Below, piece by piece: positions 12,999 to 24,193 of a stretch of DNA of 27,236 nucleotides. The notes under the pieces were generated by a model. The model did no database searches and was not told where the DNA came from. It was given only the letters and a program-made list of their open reading frames with translations. The stretch is from Amoeboradix gromovi X-113. Lineage: Eukaryota; Fungi; Sanchytriomycota. The position numbers and the translations under genes were made by a program. The stretch lies in assembly GCA_018985225.1 (NCBI GenBank), contig CM032194.1:1-27236 (forward strand), written 5' to 3'. Within the stretch, counting starts at the first letter, position 1. Every line of letters starts with the position of its first letter.

Positions 12999-13070
12999 AG
13001 GTATATCGTCCAAAGGAAAGGGCAGCATAATACGGATGTGAAGATGTGGGTTCGAGTCCCGCTATACTTG
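12999..13070 (+). tRNA. trnR: tRNA-Arg(ACG)
   Basis: Acceptor AGGTATA/TATACTT; loop ATACGGA. Confidence 0.88.
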
Positions 13071-13092
13071 GTGAAATAAAGAGAGAAGAAAG

Positions 13093-14922
13093 ATGTATAT
13101 ATTATTATTATTTATACCATTATGAAGTACAATAATAGTATCAATATGGGGAAGAAAATTAGGACGTGAAGGGACATATTGAATGAGTATAATATCATTA
13201 ATATTAGTAGTACTAATGTCAATAATAGGGATATATGAAGCAGGAATAGAGCAAATGACAGGAAGAATAGTATTAGGAAGTTGAATAGAAACAGAAGATA
13301 CAAATATAAGATATGGGTTTATATATGATCCATTAGCATTAGGAATGGTATTTGTAATAGCATTTATATCATTAGTAGTATTTATATTCTCAAAGGATTA
13401 TTTAGCAGAAGATCCATATATAATAAGATATTATTCAAATTTATCATTTTTTGTATTATTTATGATAATATTAGTATTAAGTGAGAATATGATATTAACA
13501 TTTTTATCGTGAGAAGGAGTGGGAATAACATCATATCTATTGATAAATTATTGATATACGAGAAGAGATTCAAACCTATCAGCAATGCAGGCAGTATTAT
13601 TGAATAGAGTAGGAGATTGAGGATTTTTAATAGCAATATTTATAATAAATATGTTATATTATACACTAGATTATAATACGTTAAGTATAATAGCAGAGTA
13701 TAGTCCACAACCGACAAATATAATAGCAATGATAAATATGATGATATTAATAGCAGGGATAGCGAAATCAGCACAAATGATATTGCATACATGATTACCA
13801 TCAGCAATGGCAGCACCAACACCAATATCAAGTTTATTACATGCGGCGACGATGGTAACATTAGGGGTGTATATATTGATAAGAGGAGCAGTAGTATTGA
13901 ATGGGATAAGTAATATATTATTGATAATATATTTTATAGGAGCATTAACATCATTAGTAGCATCATTAACAGGGTTTAGTCAATTTGATATGAAGAAAGT
14001 AATAGCTTATTCAACAAGTAGTCAAATAGGGTATATGATAACAGCATGTGGATCACAAGAATATGGAATAGCATTTAATCACTTAGTAAATCATGCATTT
14101 TTTAAAGCATTTTTATTTATAAATGCAGGGTCAATAATACATCATTTAAAAGATGAACAAGATTTCAGGAATATAGGAGTATTAATAAAATCAAATACAT
14201 GACTACATTTTGCATATCTAATAGGGACAATGAGTTTAATAGCGATGCCTTATTTTTCAGGATTTTACTCAAAAGATCTGATATTAGAAGATTTAGCACA
14301 TAGTTGATCAATAACAGTATCAGGGAGAATAGTATATTATTTACAATTATTAACAGCATGTATAACAACGATATATTGTGTAAGATCATATATATACATA
14401 TTTATGACAGATACATCAGCGACATATATACCAATAAAAGAATATAGAGTATGACCATCAATAATATTAAGTGTACCAACATTAATAGCTGGTTATTTAT
14501 TAAGTGATCTTTTAGTAGGACCAGGGACAGCATATTGAGATGGGAATGGATTGACAAAAATAAACGAGAATGAAGTAGAAGAAGATGAAATATTAATAAT
14601 GACAGTAATGATATGTCTAATAGGTACAGCATTAGGATATATATTTACAGTAGCACCACAAATAATAGGAAAATTGAATATAGGAAAAGAACGTTTTTAT
14701 TTTGACCATTTATATAATAATGTTATAGCGTCGACGATCCTAAAAGAAGGAAAACTAACAGGGCAAAAAATAGATAAGGGGATAATAGAAGAATTAGGAT
14801 ATAAAGGTTTATCGAGAATATATAATTCGTATAGGTATAATACATTAGATTCAGGGTTTTTACCTAACTATATTCTTTATCTTTTCATAGGTTTAATAAG
14901 TATCTCAGCTCTAACAATCTAA
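13093..14922 (+). CDS. nad5: NADH dehydrogenase subunit 5 (609 aa)
   Basis: WEGVG, NRVGD, KSAQ..HTWLPSAMAAPTPISSLLHAATMV, HAFFKA, GFYSKD. Confidence 0.96.
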
Positions 14923-15101
14923 CTGGAAAATTTCTTAAAAAATCTTAAGAAAAAAGAAGAAGAAGAAAAAGGAAATTAGAACTAGCAGAGAGTTTATTAA
15001 GTTTATTTAGGTTTAGAAACTAAAGAAAAGGAAAACTTAAGAAAAGAGAGGTAAGAGACATGAATTAAAGGAAAAATTAAGATGAAAAAAGAAATTATAA
15101 A

Positions 15102-16586
15102 GTGTAAAAACGGGTTTGAAAATAGCCCAGGATGAATGCGAGTCATTAGCTTAAAACATGCTAGTCAAAGAAAAGAAAACCCAAAGTTTCTTAAGGTTCT
15201 TTAGGTATAAAACTAAAGAAGGAAAAAAACTTAAGAAAGGGGGAAGTAAAAGAGGCGAACAGGTGAGAAAGGACAAGAGCAACTCAGAAGAGAGAAGGAG
15301 AAAAGTCTTGCGGAAGGAAGATAAAACTTGTAAGTGGTTTAGGGGGAAGCATCTAAGAAGATGAGTTTATTATTCTTAAAGAAAAAATCGAAAAGGAAAT
15401 AAACAGACCGAGGATCCATAGTGAATCTTATTGGATGATTCACCACAATGGTACAGAAAAAAGGACCATCGAATTGCGCAGCAGTTAGGAATATTGGTCA
15501 ATCAACTAGAAAAGGAGGAAAAAGGGTTGGAACCAGCTAAATGACATAAAAAAAGTAAACTGAAAGGAATACAACGAACCGAAGAGTTCTTTAGGTTTAT
15601 TTCTAAAGAAGAGGGGAGGAAAAGAAGTTAGAAAGATAACTAGCAGAAAAGGTCTAGCTAAAAATCTCGTGCCAGCAGCTGCGGTAAAACGGGTAGACCA
15701 AGCATTATCCTAGAGAAATAGGCAAAAAGTGTAGAAAAGATGGAAAGAAAATTACTTAAGGATAAAATCTTAAGTAAAAAAGAGAGAATAGGAAGAGAAG
15801 TCAAAGGAATGGTAGATGGAAGGATAAAATCTTAAGAAATATATTAGAAGGCCAAAGAGCAAAGGCATTTGACTACAAACTATTGACATTGAACTACGAA
15901 AGCCAGGGTAGCGAAAAAGATTAGAGACCTTATTAGTCCTGGCTGTAAACGAAGAGCCCAAAGAAATAAAGAAGGGTTCCGCCTCAAAAGTACGGTCGCA
16001 AGATTGAAATTGAAATTCTTAGACGGCTCTTAAAACTGGCAGTGGAGCATGAAGTTTAATTTGATAACCCGCAAAAACCTTACCTATCCTAGAAACACGA
16101 AGCTGAAAAGAAGAGTGAACAGGTGCTGCATGGCTGTCGTAAGTTCATATTGTGAAAGATAATGGACAAGAAATCATAAGTAGGGGAAAATTTACCGACA
16201 AAATGAAAGAGGACAAGTCATTATGGCCCAGATGGATAGGGCTTAATTTGTGCTACAAAAAGGAAAACAAAGTCTATAAACATGTAAAAGTGGAAAAAAA
16301 GACGAAAGTGAAAGAATTTCGAATATCAACCAAACGAGAAATTGTGAAGGGAGGTTAGAAAGGAAGATCGGATAATAATTTGAAAATCAATTATTTGAAG
16401 TAGGAATTGCTAGTAATCGTAAATAAGTTTGTTACGGTGAACAGATCACTAAAGAGTGTACTAACCGCACATCAAGGTCTAGGAGAAAGGAGGAGAGGAA
16501 ACTATTAGAAATAGTAGTTACTACTGATAATCAACCGGATTTAAGTTGTCACAAGGTAGCTGTTGGGGAACCAGTAGCTGAATGGT
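15102..16586 (+). rRNA. rns: Mitochondrial small-subunit rRNA (ends approximate)
   Basis: ACATGCTAGTC, GTGCCAGCAGCTGCGGTAA, GGTGCTGCATGGCTGTCGT, GGAATTGCTAGTAATCG, ACAAGGTAGCTGTTGGGGAAC. Confidence 0.93.
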
Positions 16587-16761
16587 AAAAAAAAAAGAGG
16601 AAAAAAGGGGAAGAAAAGGAAAATTTCTTATAAAATCTTAAGAAAAAGGAGAGAAGAAAGAGGAAAGTTTATTAAAGTTCTTTAGGTATTAAACTAAAGA
16701 AGGATAAAAAGGAAAAAATATTAAGAAAAGGGAGGAAGATAAAATAAATAGAAAGAAAGAG

Positions 16762-17670
16762 ATGATAATAAATATGATTAGTAGCCTAATAATAATAATA
16801 TCAGTATTGTTAGCACTTGCTTATTTAACATTAGCGGAAAGAAAAGTAATGGCAAGTATGCAAAGAAGGATAGGGCCAAATGTAGTAGGAATATACGGAC
16901 TAGGACAACCGATAATGGATGGGGTAAAATTAATATTAAAAGAAGCAATAACACCAACACATGCGAATAAAATATTATATAATTTAGCGCCAATAGGGAG
17001 TCTAATAATGGCATTAATATTATGAACAGTAATACCAATAAATGGAATAACATATATAGATATGACGTATGATATATTATACATATTAGCAATATCATCA
17101 GTATCAATATTAACAGTATTATGAAGTGGGTGGTCATCAAACTCAAAATATTCATTCTTTGGATCATTAAGATCGACATCACAAATGATATCATATGAAG
17201 TAATAATAGGATTTATAATATTAACAGTGATATTTATGACGAATGAGACGCCGAATTTAACAAAAATAATAGAAAATCAAGAAAGTGTATTAAATATATT
17301 TACATTATTACCATTATTCTTTATGTTTTTAATTAGTATAGTTGCAGAGACGAATAGAGCACCGTTCGATCTACCAGAAGCAGAATCAGAACTAGTATCA
17401 GGGTTTAATACAGAATATGCAGCAGCGCCATTCGCACTATGATTTATATCAGAATATGGGAATATAGTATTTATGTCGTTATTAACAGTAAATCTATTTT
17501 TAGGAGGAAAGATGATATGACTACCAATTATATTGTTTTATTTTATATGAATAAGGGCTGCCTATCCAAGATTTAGATATACAGATTTAATGAGTCTATG
17601 TTGAGAATCATTGTTACCTTTAACAATAGGGTTTATAATAATAGTACCGAGTTTAATAATGATAGGATAG
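16762..17670 (+). CDS. nad1: NADH dehydrogenase subunit 1 (302 aa)
   Basis: [52 protein letters not shown]. Confidence 0.97.
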
Positions 17671-17696
17671 AGATAAAGTAAATAAAGAGAAAAAGG

Positions 17697-17837
17697 ATGG
17701 CACAATTAAAAGTATTATATTTCATAAATAGTCTAACATGAAGTTATCTAGTATTTTACATAACATATTTAATAGTGGGTAAAGTATTTTTACCATATCA
17801 ATTAAAAGCTCAATTATTACGTGCTAAATTACAATAA
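17697..17837 (+). CDS. atp8: ATP synthase subunit 8 (46 aa)
   Basis: MAQLKVLYFIN...FLP...LRAKLQ; size and pattern of fungal Atp8 (MPQL becomes MAQL). Confidence 0.85.
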
Positions 17838-17928
17838 GATTTATTAAGGAAAAAATAGATCTTAAGATTTATTAAGTATCTTTAGGTTTAGAAACTAAAG
17901 AAAAGGATAAAATATTAAGAAAGAAAAG

Positions 17929-18002
17929 GAGAGAGTGGCGGAATAGGTACACGCGTCTTGTTTAGGCCAAGAAAACTGCAGGTTCGACTCCTGTCTCTCT
18001 TA
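17929..18002 (+). tRNA. trnL: tRNA-Leu(UAG), short variable region
   Basis: TCTTG-TTTAGGC-CAAGA. Confidence 0.92.
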
Positions 18003-18032
18003 AGAAGTAAAATAAATGAAAAAAAAGGGGGG

Positions 18033-18305
18033 ATGGTATATAAATTAGCGATGATAATATTTATAATAGGGTTCATCGGATATATAACAAATAGGAAGAG
18101 TATATTGTTTATGATAATAGCATTAGAAATAATGTTACTAGGGGTAGCATATATATTTATATATAATTCAATATTTTTCGATGATATATATTCTTTAAAT
18201 TATGCACTGTATGTACTAGTGTTAGCTGGTGCTGAAGCAGCGGTAGGATTAGGACTGTTAATATCTTTCTATAGAAGAAGAGGATCATTAGAGTTCCCAG
18301 TATAG
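18033..18305 (+). CDS. nad4L: NADH dehydrogenase subunit 4L (90 aa)
   Basis: NRKSIL..ALEIMLL, AGAEAAVGLGLL. Confidence 0.95.
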   Translation: MVYKLAMIIFIIGFIGYITNRKSILFMIIALEIMLLGVAYIFIYNSIFFDDIYSLNYALYVLVLAGAEAAVGLGLLISFYRRRGSLEFPV

Positions 18306-18343
18306 AAGGAAAATTTCCTTTTTCTTAAGAAAAAAAAAATAAG

Positions 18344-18397
18344 ATTTATTAAGTTTATTTAGGTTTAGAAACTAAAGAAAAGGAAAACTTAAGAAAA
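18344..18397 (+). repeat. Dispersed nested-palindrome element, type B (representative copy)
   Basis: TTTATTAAG-TTTATTTAG-GTTTAGAAA-CTAAAGAAAA-GGAAAA-CTTAAGAA; copies near 1, 5742, 8225, 14993, 17866, 19736, 25817. Confidence 0.93.
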
Positions 18398-18419
18398 GAA
18401 GAGAAGAAAAAGGAGAAAG

Positions 18420-18492
18420 GCTTAATTAGCTTAAAGGGTAGAAGCACTAGTCTGAAAAACTAGGGAAGGTAGTTCAAATCTACCATTAGGCA
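18420..18492 (+). tRNA. trnF: tRNA-Phe(GAA)
   Basis: CTAGT-CTGAAAA-ACTAG. Confidence 0.93.
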
Positions 18493-18521
18493 GAAATAAA
18501 ATAAATGAAAAAGAGGAAAAG

Positions 18522-19658
18522 ATGAAAGGAAATCCATATATAACAATAGTAAATAGTTATTTTGTAGATAGTTCAGTACCATCGAATCTATCTTATATGT
18601 GAAGTTTTGGGTCATTATTAGGAATATGTCTAATAGTACAAATAGTGACAGGAGTAATATTAGCAATGCATTATACAGCAGAAATAAATTTAGCATTTAT
18701 AAGTGTAGAGCATATACAAAGAGATGTAATGTATGGATGATTAATACGTTATATGCATGCAAATGGAGCAGGGTTCTTTTTTATATTTGTGTATTTACAT
18801 ATAGGACGTGGGTTATATTATGGGTCATATATGAGACCAAGAACAGTAGTATGATCAGTAGGAGTGATAATATTTTTTTTAATGATGGCGACAGCGTTTA
18901 TAGGATATGTATTACCATTCTCACAAATGAGTTATTGAGCAGCGACAGTAATAACAAATTTAATGTCAGCTATACCATGAATAGGGGGAGATTTAGTGGG
19001 GTTTATATGAGGAGGATTTAGTGTAGATAATCCGACATTAAGTCGTTTTTTTAGTCTACATTATTTGTTACCATTTATAATAGCATTATTAGTATGTATA
19101 CATTTAATAGCATTACAAGAAGCAGGGTCAGGAAATCCGACAGGGATATCAGGAGAAGTGGATAAAGTACCATTTCATCCATATTATACATATAAAGATA
19201 CAGTAGGATTTATATTATTCTTTTTAGCATTAATAACATTTGTAGCATTTTTTCCGACTTATTTATTACATTCGGATCATTTTATACCAGCTAATCCATT
19301 AGTAACACCAACGCACATAGTACCAGAATTTTATTTCTTGGCACAATACGCGATATTAAGGTCAATACCAAATAAATTATTAGGTGTAATAGCGATGGCA
19401 GGGTCAATAGCAATACTATTAATAATGCCAATAGTAGAAACATCAAAAATAAGAGGGTTAAGATTTAGACCGTTAGCTAAATTTACGTATTGATTATTTA
19501 TAATAAATTTCTTTATCCTTGTCTGAATAGGGCAATGTGTACCTCAATTTCCGTATGATATAATAGGACAAGTATGTACAGGATACTATTTTGCTTATTT
19601 TATAATAATAGTACCGGTAACAGGGCTGATAGAGAATGTATTAAACGAAATAAAATAG
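18522..19658 (+). CDS. cob: Apocytochrome b (378 aa, no introns)
   Basis: [48 protein letters not shown]. Confidence 0.97.
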
Positions 19659-19803
19659 AAAAATAAATGATTAACAAAAGAAAAAATAACAAAAGAAGAG
19701 GAAAATTTCCTTTTTCTTAAGAAAAAAAAAATAAGATTTATTAAGTTTATTTAGGTTTAGAAACTAAAGAAAAGGAAAACTTAAGAAGAGAAGAAAAAGA
19801 GAG

Positions 19804-19877
19804 GGGGGTATAGCTCCAATTGGTAGAGCAACTGCTTTGCAAGCGGGTGGCTGTGGGTTCGAGTCCCACTATCTCCA
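19804..19877 (+). tRNA. trnA: tRNA-Ala(UGC)
   Basis: Loop TTTGCAA; G3-U70. Confidence 0.94.
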
Positions 19878-19947
19878 AGAAGGAAAGTTTATAAAGTTTC
19901 TTTAGGTATTTAAACTAAAGAAAGAGGATATAAATAAATTGTGTATT

Positions 19948-20031
19948 GGGAGTATCGCATAAAGGTAGTGTAATGGTCTTGAGTACCATCGAGAGTAAAT
20001 CTCATTGTAGGTTCGAATCCTACTGCTCCTA
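19948..20031 (+). tRNA. trnS: tRNA-Ser(UGA)
   Basis: ATGGT-CTTGAGT-ACCAT; long variable arm. Confidence 0.92.
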
Positions 20032-20059
20032 AGGAGGATGAAATAAATGAAGGAAAACA

Positions 20060-20626
20060 ATGATAAACATAATAAACATGTTAATACCAATAATAATAAT
20101 AACAGCGATAATAACAATATTAAGTAAGAAAATAGAAACATCAGTGTTTAGTCTAGTATTAACATTTGCATTATCAGGTGTAATATTTATAAGTATAGGA
20201 GTACCATTTTTTGGGTTTATATATTTATTAGTATATACAGCAGCGATAAGTATACTATTCTTATTTGTAATAATGATGCTGGATTTACCAAATCCAATGG
20301 CAACAATAACAGATAGAATAACAAGGGGAGTAATATTTACAATAATGATAGGGTTATTCATAATAGTGATATACAAAAATATAACATCGAAGGTGGTAGG
20401 GGAGATGAGTAAAGGAAAGATATGGGAAAGAGAAGAAACACCAGAGATGATAAAATATCATCAAGAATGGGCAATACAAACATTAGATACAATGCAAGGA
20501 TTAGCATATACATTATATACAGAACAAGTAAGTTTACTAATATTGATAGCAATAATATTATTAATAGTGATGGTAGCAATAATAAATTATCTATATACGA
20601 CGACAACAAATAATATAAACAAATAA
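20060..20626 (+). CDS. nad6: NADH dehydrogenase subunit 6 (188 aa)
   Basis: SVFSLVLTF, IYLLVYTAAISILFLFVIMML, LYT..LLIVMVAII. Confidence 0.93.
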   Translation: MINIINMLIPIIIITAIITILSKKIETSVFSLVLTFALSGVIFISIGVPFFGFIYLLVYTAAISILFLFVIMMLDLPNPMATITDRITRGVIFTIMIGLFIIVIYKNITSKVVGEMSKGKIWEREETPEMIKYHQEWAIQTLDTMQGLAYTLYTEQVSLLILIAIILLIVMVAIINYLYTTTTNNINK

Positions 20627-20701
20627 TATTGAATTATAAATAATATAAAATTTCTTATAAAATCTTAAGAAAAAGGAAATAAGAAGGACTATTTACATCA
20701 A

Positions 20702-20774
20702 CTGAAGTTGGTGTTAATAGGTAACATATTCTCTTTGGGAGAGTTTGCTGCAAGTTCGAGTCTTGCACTTCAGA
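20702..20774 (+). tRNA. trnP: tRNA-Pro(UGG)
   Basis: Acceptor CTGAAGT/ACTTCAG; loop TTTGGGA; weak anticodon stem. Confidence 0.88.
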
Positions 20775-20776
20775 AA

Positions 20777-20849
20777 GATGCTATAGTTAAATAGGTAGAA
20801 CACTCGGTTGATAACTGAGAAAATATGGGTTCGACTCCTGTTGGCATTA
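20777..20849 (+). tRNA. trnI: tRNA-Ile(GAU)
   Basis: CTCGG-TTGATAA-CTGAG. Confidence 0.93.
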
Positions 20850-22748
20850 AAAAAGAAAGTTTCTTAAGGTTCTTTAGGTATAAAACTAAAGAAGGATAAA
20901 AAACTAAAGAAAAGAGGAAAAATTAAGAAGAAAAAGATATCACATAACAATGAAAAAGAATAAAGGGCGATTGGTGGAAAACTAGTCATATTAAACGAGT
21001 TAACGTATATAGAAATAGTGAATAACACAGTTTACTCATCTTAAAAAGCAAATTAGAAAAGTTCTTAAGGATAAAAACTTAAGAAAAAGGAGTAAGCTAA
21101 GTTTTACAAGAGAAATCAGAAAAATTATTAAGGTTCTTTAGGTATAAAACTAAAGAAGGAAAAAAACTTAAGAAAAAAGAGGCTAAACCTAGCGAACTGA
21201 AGCATCTAAGTAGCTAGAGGAAAAGAGATTTGGTAAGTAGCGGCGAGCGAAAGTCAAGAAGAAGAAAAAACGAGAGTAGAAGGTAAAAACTTCAGAAGAA
21301 AGAGGAAACTCTAAAACTAAATACGATAATATGAACGATAGTGGAGAGTACCGTGAGGGAAAGTTGAAAAGAACCTAAGCTTATTTAAGCGAACCAAAAT
21401 AGCTAAGTTGAGTGAAAAGGGGGGAAGTTAAATGAGTAAAAAAAGGAGTGAAATAGAACAGGAAACCAAGAAGCCTAAAAGCAGTCTGAGGAAGAGAAAA
21501 TCTGAAGGCGTACCTTTTGCATAATGGGTCAGCAAGTTTATTAGTATAGCAAGATAAAAAGTCTAGAGGAAACTGAAAAATTATTAAGGTTCTTTAGGTA
21601 TAAAACTAAAGAAGGAAAAAAACTTAAGAAAAAGAGAGTTATGCTAATAAGACCCGAAACAAAGTGATCTATTGATGGTCAGGTAAAGAAAGAGAGACCG
21701 AACAGAAGACTGTGGCAATAGTCTCTGAAGAACTGTCAATAGCAGTGAAAAGCTAATCGAACTTTGAAATAGCTGGTTCAGTGTGAAATCTATAAAAGTA
21801 GATAGGTAAAAAAGAAAAAATGGAGGGTATAGCACTGAATTGAAATAACAAAAATTTAATCTAAGAATAACCATTTAACCCACAAAACCAAAACCTTTCT
21901 TAAGGATAAAAAACTTAAGAAAACCAGAAAGTAAAGAAGAAGGAAAAGGAAAATTTCTTAAGGTTCTTTAGGTATAAAACTAAAGAAGGATAAAAACTTA
22001 AGAAAAAGGGGGTACTATTTACTGGTCGGACTTATAGTGATAAGATTATAGGTCGAGAGGGAAACAGCCCAGATCATAAGTTAAGGTCCCAAAAGAAATC
22101 AAAGTACAAAATTTATTAAGGATAAAATCTTAAGAAAAGGTAAGTTGATAAAAAAAAAGTGATAAGAATATTTCCCAACCCCTATAGTAAAAAGTAGGAG
22201 GTAATAAAAATAAGCTAAATGTGGGCTTGGAAGCAGCCATCATTAATAGAAAGCGTTACAGCTCAAAGAGTGGATTAAGGGAGATAGAAAATATAAAGGG
22301 TCTAAAAGGAAAACCGAAACTATGATAGACTAAGAGACTTAAAAAATTATTAAGGATAAAAACTTAAGAAAAAAGTAAGAAAAGTAGGAGGTAACACTGT
22401 ATTCCATAAGTGGGAAGAAGGAAAAATGAAAATTTAACTGGACAAATTGGAAGAAAGAATGCTGACATGAGTAATTAAAAATAAGAGGATATTCCCCTAA
22501 AGTTGAAGAGAAGGAAATAGACGCTTTCTAAGATTGAGACTAAAGTTAAGATCGATGAAAAAAAGGAGCGTATCAACCGACAAAGGACAACGAGCTGGTA
22601 AACAGTGAAGGGGAAAAGGGAGAAACATTGTTAAGGAACTCGGCAAAATGAATGCGTGATTTAGGTATAAGCATGACTAGTTGGAAACAAAACTTAAAAA
22701 AAGGAGTAGAAGACGAGTGACATAAAAAAGGGAAGAGCGACTGTTTAC

Positions 22749-23535
22749 GTGCGACGTGACAGCTCATATTCAATACTCCTTGTGAGTCTTGAGTTTTGTC
22801 CCTCATGTATCTATCCTGACATGCGTTGAGAGTAATCTCTAGGTGTGGAGCTCAGGAGACAAAGTAGCCTAAGGGAGCGAGATATAATACAGCACTAGGA
22901 CAAATGGTAACGTGAAAGTATGAAGAGGCATTATATATTCAGGTTATGTTTTCGTAAACTGGCATAACAGGATGAATAGCGAAGTATATAGTGTAGAGTA
23001 CTTGTCTAAGGTGTTGTTTGGTGGATATGAGTGAACACGGTAAGCCCAATGGGATTGATGTTGAAAAACAGAAAGGAAGAGACGTAAGTGGATTTATCTC
23101 CCAGTGGGTAGACGAGATAGGAGAAAGCAAATGGTCACTTGTAATGAGTGATATAGACTCTTTTGAGTTGATCCGAAAGGGTGCAAAATTCCTTAAGGTG
23201 GTTAGGTCTAATTGATTACTTTGCCTCTTCTTATTAGTGTGTAATGCACATGCAGGATAGTGACCTTAGCTCCTGGAAAGCATGATGGGTGGCGTAATCA
23301 GGTAAGAGTAGGAGCCGTAACCACTAGAATAAATAGCCAAATAATAAAGAAATATGATAAGAAAACAAAATAAAATATTAGAAGCATATAAGTTAGGAAA
23401 CAAGAAGAAATGTTTGTACTCTATAATGCTCCTGTCCCAAGAGGGCAGGTCGTACTGCTTGAGCTGTATGCGGTGAAAGTCGCACGTACAGTTCTGAGGG
23501 GGGGAAAATCCTGAGAAGGAAATACCTATCCCAAG
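22749..23535 (+). mobile_element. ORF-less group II intron (IIB-like) at the LSU L1787-equivalent site
   Basis: 5' GTGCG; EBS1 GTAAAC (22954-22959) pairs with exon GTTTAC; domain V GAGCTGTATGCGGTGAAAGTCGCACGTACAGTTC; domain VI with GAGA loop and bulged A23528; splicing restores ACTGTTTACCAAAAACAC. Confidence 0.93.
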
Positions 23536-24193
23536 CAAAAACACAAAAGTTAGCAAGAAAAAGAAATTTAAAGTATTAGCTTTGACACCTGTCCGGTGTC
23601 TCCAAATGAAAGTAGTGTATAACTAATTAAATTGAGATAAACGACCGCCTTAACTCTGAGGGTGCTAAGAGTAGCAAAGTCCATTGGCTAATAATTGTAG
23701 TCCTGTGAAGGGTGTAACGACTTTTCCGCTTTCTTAACAATGAGCCTGATGAAATTGAAACAGCTGTGCAGATGCGGTAGACCATTAGCTAGACGAGAAG
23801 ACCCTATGAAGCTTAACTGAAACCTTAGACAAGGATAAGGAGAAAAATGTGGAGAACATATTGAAAATAATCACTCAAAAACGAAAGTAAAAGAGAAAAA
23901 TCTAAGGTAGAGAGTTTGACTGGGGAGGTGGCCTGTAAAAGAGTAACACAGGTATATCGAAGGTATGATAATAAATTAGAGAGAAAAATAACGTGTAAGA
24001 ACTCTAATCTAAATAAAGTTAATGGCATAAAAAAATCATGCTTGACTGTAAGACTGAAAGGTCGAGCAGGTACGAAAGTAGGACATAAGATCCTGGAGTT
24101 GAGATATACTCTGGATAAATTGATAAAAGCTACTCTAGGGATAACAGCCTAATACTACTTAAGAGTCCATATTGACAGTAGTGTTTGGGACCT

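Noticed and set aside
15158-16358. Lys-rich + strand ORFs at 15158 and 16152
   Set aside because: They lie inside rns and result from A-rich composition.
17958-18032. N-terminal extension of nad4L in the ORF track
   Set aside because: It overlaps trnL(UAG); the ATG at 18033 gives normal length and follows the AAATAAAT box.
22939-23556. ORFs within the group II intron as a maturase or reverse transcriptase
   Set aside because: They are short, overlap structural domains and lack RT (YADD) or domain X motifs; domain IV is only about 130 nt.
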